Source: a virus
Lineage: Duplodnaviria; Caudoviricetes
Strand: one strand, 5' to 3'
Virus record (IMG/VR): IMGVR_UViG_3300033067_000976
Location: 1 to 38,090 of that record
Length of the DNA: 38,090 nt
The notes beneath the pieces were generated by a model. That model was not told the DNA's origin. It ran no database searches and worked only from the letters and a program-made list of their open reading frames with translations. Of the stretch, positions 1-6,518 are shown piece after piece. The position numbers and the translations under genes were made by a program. Numbering within the stretch: position 1 is the stretch's first letter; each line of letters begins with the position of its first letter.

Positions 1-39
1 TCCCCATCGGTTAGGATCCTGCGGAGGGTAACAAATACC

Positions 40-273
40 TCACCGCACTGCCAGCATCTTAACTTTTGTTTTTCCTGCGTTGTCGCGTTCATGCTTCTGT
101 ACCTCCCTGATCAGCTGCTCCAGTTTCATCTGGCACAGTATGTCCATCGCCCTGTGGAATCTCTCCTTGTACGTTATCTCCCTGTTTTTCCACTGGAGCT
201 TCTCCTGCAGGCGTTTCTTCCGCTTTAGTTTCTTCTTGGCCTCCCGGGCCAGCCGCTTTTGATTGTTGCTCAT
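40..273 (-). CDS. Small basic (K/R-rich) hypothetical protein
   Basis: 77 aa, helical and very basic (KRLAREAKKKLKRKKR). Overlaps the tail of 89..577 in another frame. Confidence 0.55.
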   Translation of the reverse strand: MSNNQKRLAREAKKKLKRKKRLQEKLQWKNREITYKERFHRAMDILCQMKLEQLIREVQKHERDNAGKTKVKMLAVR

Positions 274-577
274 TGAACATTGCTTTAATGTCTCGTATTT
301 TTACTTCTGCCTCCGCGCTTTCCGCAAGCCACTTTTCATTCACCTCGGTGTTGGTGACTAGGTCGGCCATTTTCTGCGGGTCTATGTCGAGGCGTATACA
401 CATGGCTGCTATGTGGTCCCATATAACCCCCAGGGTCATGATGATCTGCTGCAGCTCTCGGTCGTGCTGCTTGAATTTACCTATGACCAAATCGCTAAAC
501 TTTGGCGGCAGGTCTGTCTGCTTCGCTTTGCCCAGCTTGCTTAGGTCGATCGCCGGTCCGTTGAATTGATTGTTCAT
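89..577 (-). CDS. Hypothetical protein, helical core with acidic disordered tail
   Basis: 162-aa ORF in operon orientation. Confidence 0.7.
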   Translation of the reverse strand: MNNQFNGPAIDLSKLGKAKQTDLPPKFSDLVIGKFKQHDRELQQIIMTLGVIWDHIAAMCIRLDIDPQKMADLVTNTEVNEKWLAESAEAEVKIRDIKAMFNEQQSKAAGPGGQEETKAEETPAGEAPVEKQGDNVQGEIPQGDGHTVPDETGAADQGGTEA

Positions 578-1007
578 GCTCGTGAAATTTTAAGATTAAC
601 TCTACCCCTTGGTCTTTTTTACTCCGGACTTGTACCCACTCCACGCCGGCGTTGTTTATATACTCTCTGCTATCGTCTTTTATAATCCCGGCCATGGTCA
701 GGCCGTCGATCATTGGCTTGCAGCTCGCCCGGGCATTATCGTCGTCCATTATATTAATGCCCATAAATACAAACTGCACTGTTACCTTGCCCGGCCATGG
801 GAACCTCCCCCGGAGTCCTGGCTCGTTCCTGAGTGGCATAACGGCCCAGTAGGCCATTGCTTTCCACTCTTTGCTCCATTTCCACCGCTCGCGCCAGTTC
901 ATGCGTAGGTTTGGGTTTGGCGGCAGATAGCGGGTCTTGTACTTTCCCCGGGAGAGCTCTATGCTTACCGGCGTTTGTACTGTGACTTTGAATTCTTTAT
1001 CTTCCAT
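495..1007 (-). CDS. rusA: RusA-like Holliday junction resolvase
   Basis: Motif DDDN...K..IDGL..AGIIKDDS..YI plus N-terminal PPNPN, characteristic of the RusA family. Confidence 0.75.
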   Translation of the reverse strand: MEDKEFKVTVQTPVSIELSRGKYKTRYLPPNPNLRMNWRERWKWSKEWKAMAYWAVMPLRNEPGLRGRFPWPGKVTVQFVFMGINIMDDDNARASCKPMIDGLTMAGIIKDDSREYINNAGVEWVQVRSKKDQGVELILKFHEHEQSIQRTGDRPKQAGQSEADRPAAKV

Positions 1008-1423
1008 TATTCCTCCTGGTCCGTGTGATCCTGGCGGTGGCGATCGCGCGGTACATATGTTTTATTTGGTTTTGCCAGGCGCTGTTTTACCGCCTCGAGT
1101 GGGTCCCCGTACCCATACCATTGCATCTGCAGCGGGTCCCACAAGATCCGGTAGAGCGGGTAAAGCTCGAGCCGTGAGTTTACTACCACTTTTTGCGGAC
1201 CTTGTAGGTTGAGTTCTAAGCCCTTGCTGTATTCTGCCAGCCGTTCGGTAGTGTACTCCTGCAACATAACCATCAATTTTTTGGTTTCCATCTTCCACTC
1301 ACCGCTGCTGCAAAAAGTATAAAAGTCTACTGGTGCTCCGGTCTTTGGGTTGCCGGTTATTCTGAATGCGTGCCCTACCGGGCATTGCATCTCTCTGGCC
1401 ATTGTGAATTCTTGCTCTGTCAT
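1007..1423 (-). CDS. Hypothetical protein
   Basis: 138-aa ORF translationally coupled to both neighbours (1- and 4-nt overlaps). Confidence 0.65.
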   Translation of the reverse strand: MTEQEFTMAREMQCPVGHAFRITGNPKTGAPVDFYTFCSSGEWKMETKKLMVMLQEYTTERLAEYSKGLELNLQGPQKVVVNSRLELYPLYRILWDPLQMQWYGYGDPLEAVKQRLAKPNKTYVPRDRHRQDHTDQEE

Positions 1424-2685
1424 TGTAGTAATTGCTCCCCCCGCTTATTAATTAAACCTTTTAACATTGCCTCCTCAAATCTAGTAAATTCTTTACGGGT
1501 GGGGTTTTGGCTTACCCGCTGGTATATTGCGTCCAGTATGTCGTTTGTCTTTGCCGTTTCGATCTGTGCCTTAAGCTCTCCCGCTAGTTTTCCAAACGTT
1601 GGGCTCCCTAAAAATGATTTACGTCTTGCGTTTGCGTAGTGCGGGCTGTACTTGCAGAGTATACACACCTCATCGTCCGGGATTGCTGCGTGGGTTTCTA
1701 TGTCCGGGCAGGTATCCGGTGTGTACTTTGGCCGTTCATCTTTCTGTGGTGCTACTGCTGCCTGCTCCGCTTTTTCCTCCGGTGTACTAATTGCTGCATC
1801 GAACTCTTCAAATGTCATACTGCCTGCTGATTGCTGCGGCCGAGTTTCCCACGCTGTGCGCTCAGTAGGTGCTGGCCCGAATTCTCCGTCTGCCTCTTCC
1901 GCGTCCCCGCCATCCAGGGGCTGCTCTGCTACTTCGTCTAGTGCTGTGCTCGCCGGCAGCGCATGATCTAGTGGTCGCTCAGTGCTGTCCGGTATGCCTG
2001 CCACGCCTGGCGCGTCCATGCTATATGCGTTTGCCCGGCCTTTTATATACCCCTGCACCTCTTTTGGATCAAACTCTAGCTTCATCGCGTATATGGTGGT
2101 TTTCTTTTGCTGCCCATCGTCGTTGTAATACACCACTTGTGGTTCCAGGGTTAGGTGCAGCGGGATCCCGCTGATTCTTCCTACCCATGCCCTAATCATT
2201 TTAATCATGGCGTTTATGTTCACTACGCTTTGGAAACTTCCGGTTATTATCTGGTAGCAGCCGGAGAGGCCGACCTTTGGCAAAAGGAATGTAAGCGTCG
2301 CCATTTCTTTGTACCCGAGTTGCTCGAGCTCTTTTTCATTGGTTCTGCTCGCCACCCAGTCGGCCTGGCTTTGTGAGTCCTCTGTCCGTTCCCATTTCGT
2401 GATACCGTCAGAGCGGCCCTTGAGTCCGCTAAAGCCGTATAGTTTGTACCATTGTGGAAATACGTCATCCACATCTCCCTCCATGGGAATAACAATATCC
2501 AGGGTCTTAGGCCTTTCGCCGTATACTGCCTGGACTTCCGGGGGGCACACAAAATAATCTGTTTTGACCGGTACTGTCACCGGCTTACCGTTCCGATCAA
2601 GGCGTCCGGTATCTTTCTGATACCCGAGCCTAATCATTCCCTTTCGCGGGAACCTATTCACATCTGCCCATTTCGCTATTGGCAT
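1420..2685 (-). CDS. Gp3/recombination-directionality-factor-like protein with acidic linker and C-terminal domain
   Basis: N-terminal PRKGMIRLG...DYFVCP..VQAVYGERPKTLDI...GRISGIPLHLTL pattern of the RDF-like (Gp3) phage family. AAAGGA upstream of the ATG. Confidence 0.7.
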   Translation of the reverse strand: MPIAKWADVNRFPRKGMIRLGYQKDTGRLDRNGKPVTVPVKTDYFVCPPEVQAVYGERPKTLDIVIPMEGDVDDVFPQWYKLYGFSGLKGRSDGITKWERTEDSQSQADWVASRTNEKELEQLGYKEMATLTFLLPKVGLSGCYQIITGSFQSVVNINAMIKMIRAWVGRISGIPLHLTLEPQVVYYNDDGQQKKTTIYAMKLEFDPKEVQGYIKGRANAYSMDAPGVAGIPDSTERPLDHALPASTALDEVAEQPLDGGDAEEADGEFGPAPTERTAWETRPQQSAGSMTFEEFDAAISTPEEKAEQAAVAPQKDERPKYTPDTCPDIETHAAIPDDEVCILCKYSPHYANARRKSFLGSPTFGKLAGELKAQIETAKTNDILDAIYQRVSQNPTRKEFTRFEEAMLKGLINKRGEQLLQ

Positions 2686-2697
2686 TTCTTTCCTTTG

Positions 2698-2760
2698 TGC
2701 GTGGCAGCTTTTTGTCGGGGTTCAATGGTCCTCGAGGAGCGTATGCTCAGCTGCTATGCG
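2698..2760. other. Three-way-junction stem-loop element filling the intergenic gap
   Basis: TGCGTGGCAGCT (2698-2709) pairs with AGCTGCTATGCG (2749-2760). Inner hairpins at 2715-2735 and 2737-2748. Confidence 0.6.
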
Positions 2761-3006
2761 TTAATTAGTTTTTTTTGGCTTTGGTGTTATAAGCACCAAT
2801 AACATGATTCTGGCTTCGTGCATCGTCATTGGAGTTTTGTTGTAAGCCAGCAAGTGCCAGAACCGTTTCTTCTCTTGCTGACTAATTCTCCCGAGCTTTT
2901 TCCAGAGTAGCTCATATGGTACATGCGCGTACTCCGGGAGTTGCTTCTGCAGCATCGGGATGAGAGCGCTCAACTCTCCCAGCCCGACGCGATCTTTGTT
3001 TTGCAT
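2761..3006 (-). CDS. Hypothetical protein
   Basis: 81-aa ORF directly downstream of a predicted promoter. Confidence 0.65.
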   Translation of the reverse strand: MQNKDRVGLGELSALIPMLQKQLPEYAHVPYELLWKKLGRISQQEKKRFWHLLAYNKTPMTMHEARIMLLVLITPKPKKTN

Positions 3007-3020
3007 TTCTGTTTGCTTTA

Positions 3021-3049
3021 ATACTAGTAGGTTGCTTTTCGTATTGCAA
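3021..3049 (-). promoter_or_regulatory. Sigma70-type promoter
   Basis: Minus strand TTGCAA-17 nt-TAGTAT in the gap between 3052 and 3006. Confidence 0.6.
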
Positions 3050-3051
3050 GT

Positions 3052-3297
3052 TTACTCTGTGGAAAACTTTTGCACTTCGATGTTCCGATAAATCCGACCG
3101 CGCTTTTTGATCCAGCCTTTTGCTTCGAGCGTGTCCAGAAACTTTTTTGCGTTCTGCCGTGAGTACTGGAAGTGCTCGGCTATCTCTTCCTGAGTGGGCG
3201 CCGAGTCGTGCTCTCTCTCGTAGGCTATGACAAACTCGAGCACGTCACGCTGCCCCTGGCTTAGTATCTTTTTTTGTTTATTCAGTATGCGTTTCAT
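3052..3297 (-). CDS. LexA-type winged-HTH DNA-binding protein without peptidase domain
   Basis: LSQGQRDVLEFVIAY..EH..APTQEEIAEHFQYSRQNAKKFLDTLEAKGWI matches the LexA N-terminal domain. Start reassigned to ATG 3297, which has an AGGAG RBS. Confidence 0.85.
   Translation of the reverse strand: MKRILNKQKKILSQGQRDVLEFVIAYEREHDSAPTQEEIAEHFQYSRQNAKKFLDTLEAKGWIKKRGRIYRNIEVQKFSTE
3058..3066 (-). promoter_or_regulatory. DnaA box (TTTTCCACA) just upstream of a promoter -35
   Basis: Matches consensus TTWTNCACA and lies 8 nt from the -35 at 3044-3049. Confidence 0.5.
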
Positions 3298-3430
3298 TTT
3301 TTCTCCTTTCCTCACAATCCTCACAGTATGGTGTGTGCCGTGCTGAATATCCCACTATCTCGCCGCCGCACTCTGTGCACTTACCATCCCACCACCATTT
3401 CACCTTTTGCCACAACTTGGATACTTTCAT
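3278..3430 (-). CDS. 50-aa zinc-ribbon protein (below the ORF-track cutoff)
   Basis: Translated by hand: MKVSKLWQKVKWWWDGKCTECGGEIVGYSARHTPYCEDCEERRKNETHTE. Two CxxC motifs; fills the gap between neighbours. Confidence 0.75.
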   Translation of the reverse strand: MKVSKLWQKVKWWWDGKCTECGGEIVGYSARHTPYCEDCEERRKNETHTE

Positions 3431-3443
3431 CTGTTCTTATAAA

Positions 3444-3761
3444 TTAAATAATTAATTCTACTTTTCTAAGTATTAGATATCGCTCCACTATCTCGCTCTC
3501 GGTTCCATTTTCATTCGACCAAGTTTCCCACACTCTCACTGGCGCTTCCATGATACGTTCAGGCGTAAGTTGTGAGTCAATTCTGCTTAGTCTCCCATTG
3601 CCTGGGGAGTCCTCCTCGTTTGCAAAGCTATCTTGTTTTCTAGCGTCTGTAAGAATTTCTTTGAAACGTTGCCGTGCTGTTATCTCGTTAGCAAAATAAC
3701 CTCTTTCTTCAATTAGTCCGATTTCGGTTTCTACTTCCACCGAGTAAATTATCGAAATCAT
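3444..3761 (-). CDS. Hypothetical acidic protein
   Basis: 105-aa ORF, visibly more AT-rich than its neighbours. Confidence 0.7.
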   Translation of the reverse strand: MISIIYSVEVETEIGLIEERGYFANEITARQRFKEILTDARKQDSFANEEDSPGNGRLSRIDSQLTPERIMEAPVRVWETWSNENGTESEIVERYLILRKVELII

Positions 3762-3764
3762 AAA

Positions 3765-4016
3765 TTATAAGTTAAATGTACTACTTCTACTGCCCCCGTG
3801 TAAGCCTCCATTTTGCCCTATGCTGGTTTTATCGCCCGGGCCGCCCACTACTCCATCATCTGCGGTATCGTTGCTGCATGCGCCCTCCCAGCCTATACAC
3901 CGGCCGTTTCTGTCCCGGGGCCCGGGTGTGCCGCATGATATGCAGTTCCCGTAGTTTTGCTGACTAATATCTTTCGGTTTCCGGTATCCAGGTACCGGTG
4001 TCGCTTTGGCTGTCAT
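3765..4016 (-). CDS. Cys/Gly-rich small protein, putative Zn-binding
   Basis: CISC...C....C, in operon orientation. Confidence 0.6.
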   Translation of the reverse strand: MTAKATPVPGYRKPKDISQQNYGNCISCGTPGPRDRNGRCIGWEGACSNDTADDGVVGGPGDKTSIGQNGGLHGGSRSSTFNL

Positions 4017-4266
4017 TGGTTGGTTCCTTTCGTGCCATCCACATAAACATTTTACCCGGCTCCCTGGCCGGTGTTATGCGGTCTTTAATGTTTCCTAAAA
4101 TGTACCGCGCTTTGTCGGTCCCTATTCGCTTGATCACTCCGAGGAACATCCCGAATTTCTTCGGCTCCTGACAGAAGTCTGCTATCTCTTTTGCCAGCAT
4201 GTGGTCCTCGGAGTGTAGGTTCGGCTGGCGCTTTATTTTTTTATACCTGTCCAGATCGATTTCCAT
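3964..4266 (-). CDS. Small helical protein resembling the C-terminal domain of replication-organiser proteins
   Basis: LAKEIADF.....F..VIKRIG......IL..IKD...AREPGKMFMW pattern. Function inferred only. Confidence 0.55.
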   Translation of the reverse strand: MEIDLDRYKKIKRQPNLHSEDHMLAKEIADFCQEPKKFGMFLGVIKRIGTDKARYILGNIKDRITPAREPGKMFMWMARKEPTNDSQSDTGTWIPETERY

Positions 4267-4486
4267 CTTCGTCGTTGGTTTGGTTTTTTAAAATATTAAG
4301 CGTGTCAGCTGCCTCTTTGTCTATGGTTGGTGAAGTTTTGAATTCTTCAGTGGCCATTTCTCTATCTCTCCTGGCGCAGTCCTTGCAGAGCATGAGCATG
4401 CCTCTGTGCAAGGTCGACACCGGCTGCACCTCTTTGCGTTGGTATTCGTTAAAACATCCATCGCATATTCGTTTCCTGTTAAACAT
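4241..4486 (-). CDS. Zinc-finger protein
   Basis: CDGC...LCKDC. Confidence 0.7.
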   Translation of the reverse strand: MFNRKRICDGCFNEYQRKEVQPVSTLHRGMLMLCKDCARRDREMATEEFKTSPTIDKEAADTLNILKNQTNDEDGNRSGQV

Positions 4487-5281
4487 TTATTTCTTTCCCC
4501 AGCAGTCCTTACTCGCTACCCATGGAGTAGTGCCCTGCTCTTTAAATAATGCAATCGCGACCGCTATGTGCGTCTCTAAGTCAAATCTAGTGCCTCCCAG
4601 GGACTTAGCTCTTTTATCATGAACTTTTAATTCCTGGAAGATACCATACGCAGATGAGGTCCCGCTAGTGTTTGGCTTCATCTGAAACCCGCTCTCGCAT
4701 TCTCCTATGCGTTTGAGGAGAGCAGTCTGCGCATCGCTGAGTCCTGCCGCTGCAGCCATTTCCGCAAACTTTGCGTAATTACCCGGAACCCCTGCCGCTG
4801 CAGATTTAGCATCCTTGCTGGGTACTGCATTGCGCCGTGGGCTGGCCGGCTGTGTTTCAGGCCCCACACTTGCCGGGATCGTCTCCTGCTCGTCTGGTGT
4901 TGTTTGTTCGATAATTTGTGCATGTGCTTCTTTCACTATCTCCGGTTGCCAGAAGCTTTGAGGTTTTACCTGCTCGAGCTCTGATTGCCGGCCTTTAATT
5001 TCTGCCTCTAGTACTTCCCGCTTGGCTTCGTTCCACGCTTTCTTTTGCACCTCTCCGGAGAAGTACCGGACCGTGGTGCGTATGTGTGTTACGACTCCCG
5101 GGCGGGTCGTTCCGTAGGTTACCGCTAGTATGAGTATTGCTACCACACTCAGGTAAAATCTACGCATGTATCTTTTATTCCGTTTTTCTCTCTCTAACCG
5201 TGCGGCTTCAGCGGCCGCTTCCCGTTCCTTTTTGTCCGTCTCTGATTCAATAGGTTTATTGTGCCTGTCGAATATTGACAT
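4487..5281 (-). CDS. Membrane-anchored lytic transglycosylase (SLT/Rpf-like lysozyme fold)
   Basis: Basic patch + TM (FYLSVVAILILAVTY), coiled coil, P/A/T linker, then CESG...SSAYGIFQ...GTTPW.AS..CW. Start reassigned to ATG 5281. Confidence 0.8.
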   Translation of the reverse strand: MSIFDRHNKPIESETDKKEREAAAEAARLEREKRNKRYMRRFYLSVVAILILAVTYGTTRPGVVTHIRTTVRYFSGEVQKKAWNEAKREVLEAEIKGRQSELEQVKPQSFWQPEIVKEAHAQIIEQTTPDEQETIPASVGPETQPASPRRNAVPSKDAKSAAAGVPGNYAKFAEMAAAAGLSDAQTALLKRIGECESGFQMKPNTSGTSSAYGIFQELKVHDKRAKSLGGTRFDLETHIAVAIALFKEQGTTPWVASKDCWGKK

Positions 5282-5474
5282 TGGGTTGATCCTTTGCGCT
5301 CCCCCCGAGCTTAGTTTTTTGTTTTTGTTTTTGTTCGTGTGCTGCAAAATCGTAGTTACTGCCTGGGCAGAAGACTTGGCCGTCTGGTCCCGGGCCGTGG
5401 GCTACTATCTTGCGTTCTACCACCGCGGTATTTTTTCCGCAGCGCTTGCATACTATGGCATCTGGTTTTGGCAT
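5256..5474 (-). CDS. Small Zn-binding protein
   Basis: CKRC...H...CPGS (C2HC). Confidence 0.65.
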   Translation of the reverse strand: MPKPDAIVCKRCGKNTAVVERKIVAHGPGPDGQVFCPGSNYDFAAHEQKQKQKTKLGGSAKDQPNVNIRQAQ

Positions 5475-5659
5475 ATTCCTAGCTCCTGTATGGCCTTGTG
5501 TCGGGCGTGCTCTCGGCTGACGGCGTTTATAATGCCGGTCCGATTTTGCATTTCCTTATCATGGTCCATACGCTCTAATTGGAAGAGGTTGGTGTACCTC
5601 TTTACCTCGACCTTGCCTTGGCGGCTTAAGTAGCCGACCCATACTCCTTGTTGTTGCAT
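5453..5659 (-). CDS. Hypothetical protein, first gene of the early operon
   Basis: Start moved to ATG 5659 because the longer ORF would run through the promoter at 5715-5743. Confidence 0.65.
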   Translation of the reverse strand: MQQQGVWVGYLSRQGKVEVKRYTNLFQLERMDHDKEMQNRTGIINAVSREHARHKAIQELGICQNQMP

Positions 5660-5714
5660 GCTTTTGTTTTCTTTACTTATTTTTTGCCGGCCCTTTTTTG
5701 TAGCCTGCACCAGT

Positions 5715-5743
5715 AGTATAATCGATTTCCGTTCAGGTGTCAA
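5715..5743 (-). promoter_or_regulatory. Strong sigma70 promoter for the early operon
   Basis: Minus strand TTGACA-17 nt-TATACT. Confidence 0.85.
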
Positions 5744-5897
5744 GTCGTGTTGCAATTACCTGCACATATTTGTACGGTTTTTCTAAATTTGTGCATGGTC
5801 CGTAATTCTTCCCCTGAATATGGCTTAGTCTTGGTGTACAGTTTAATTACGGATTGTTCGGTTTGTGCGCGCCTCCGTAAAATACCGAACGCCGATC

Positions 5898-5919
5898 ATT
5901 TTGCCGGCGCCGGCAAAAT
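5898..5919. repeat. Perfect 22-bp palindrome
   Basis: ATTTTGCCGGC|GCCGGCAAAAT. Confidence 0.9.
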
Positions 5920-5932
5920 AATACCGTTTTAC

Positions 5933-6065
5933 TTTTCCCTAGGTTGTCCCCAGGTTATCCACAATCGTTATTTCCAATTCCCCTTTAGTTAAAGCCATAA
6001 TTACAGAGTTATGCACTTATCCACCGTGCTTACTATTACAATATTTATATTTCTTAAGAAAATAC
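5933..6065 (+). other. oriC-like replication origin (DnaA boxes, DnaA-trios, AT-rich tract)
   Basis: TTTTCCCTA 5933, TTGTCCCCA 5944, TTATCCACA 5955 (11-nt phasing). TTATGCACT 6009 overlaps TTATCCACC 6017, followed by GTGCT, TACTATTACAAT and an AT-rich run. Confidence 0.7.
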
Positions 6066-6112
6066 ACCTCGAACTATGTACGAGGTATAGTAGGGTTTTG
6101 GAGCGGGCGCCG

Positions 6113-6141
6113 TTGATTTAATTTTCATATTGTGCTGTAAT
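6113..6141 (+). promoter_or_regulatory. Candidate plus-strand sigma70 promoter
   Basis: TTGATT-17 nt-TGTAAT with an extended -10 TG. Confidence 0.45.
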
Positions 6142-6147
6142 ACTGTT

Positions 6148-6380
6148 CATACCAGTACCTCTGGTTCTCATGGACCGCTTCGTATGGGTCGGCTGCGTTG
6201 CACAGTTCGCCACCGCTGCGACTTTCCCTCCCTGTTGGTAGTTTGAGCCGTTCCGGATATTACCGGCGCGCTACGGTCAAAATATCGCTTTTCCAGTACC
6301 TGCTTTATGCGCGTTAAAATTGGAATACTCGAAGCCATGAGAAAAGCCCACCTATTCGCGAGATGGTGGGCTTTTGTTTT
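6148..6380 (+). ncRNA. Candidate structured non-coding RNA (~230 nt), family unknown
   Basis: Closing stem TTCTCATGG 6165-6173 / CCATGAGAA 6335-6343, three internal stems with plus-strand G.U pairs, promoter upstream and terminator downstream. Confidence 0.5.
6342..6380. terminator. Bidirectional intrinsic terminator
   Basis: AAAAGCCCACC...GGTGGGCTTTTGTTTT. Confidence 0.8.
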
Positions 6381-6443
6381 GGGTATGGGTACCCTTGGGT
6401 AGGATTGTTGGCGGGGCTCGCATAGGCGGGCAAAGTTGTGGAG

Positions 6444-6518
6444 CTATCTCCGTTTGTGGTTTCGGTTACGTCGTAACCAGAATAGAAAGACCCGCCGCAT
6501 ATAAGGGCTGTACCTCAT
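6444..6518 (-). CDS. Candidate 24-aa Arg-rich peptide
   Basis: MRYSPYMRRVFLFWLRRNRNHKRR, preceded by GAGGAG and an A/C-rich leader, lying between two terminators. Confidence 0.45.
   Translation of the reverse strand: MRYSPYMRRVFLFWLRRNRNHKRR

Noticed and set aside
6168-6338. 56-codon minus-strand ORF MASSIPILTR...
   Set aside because: Starts directly after a terminator, has no RBS and no motif; the region is better explained by base pairing, though not excluded.
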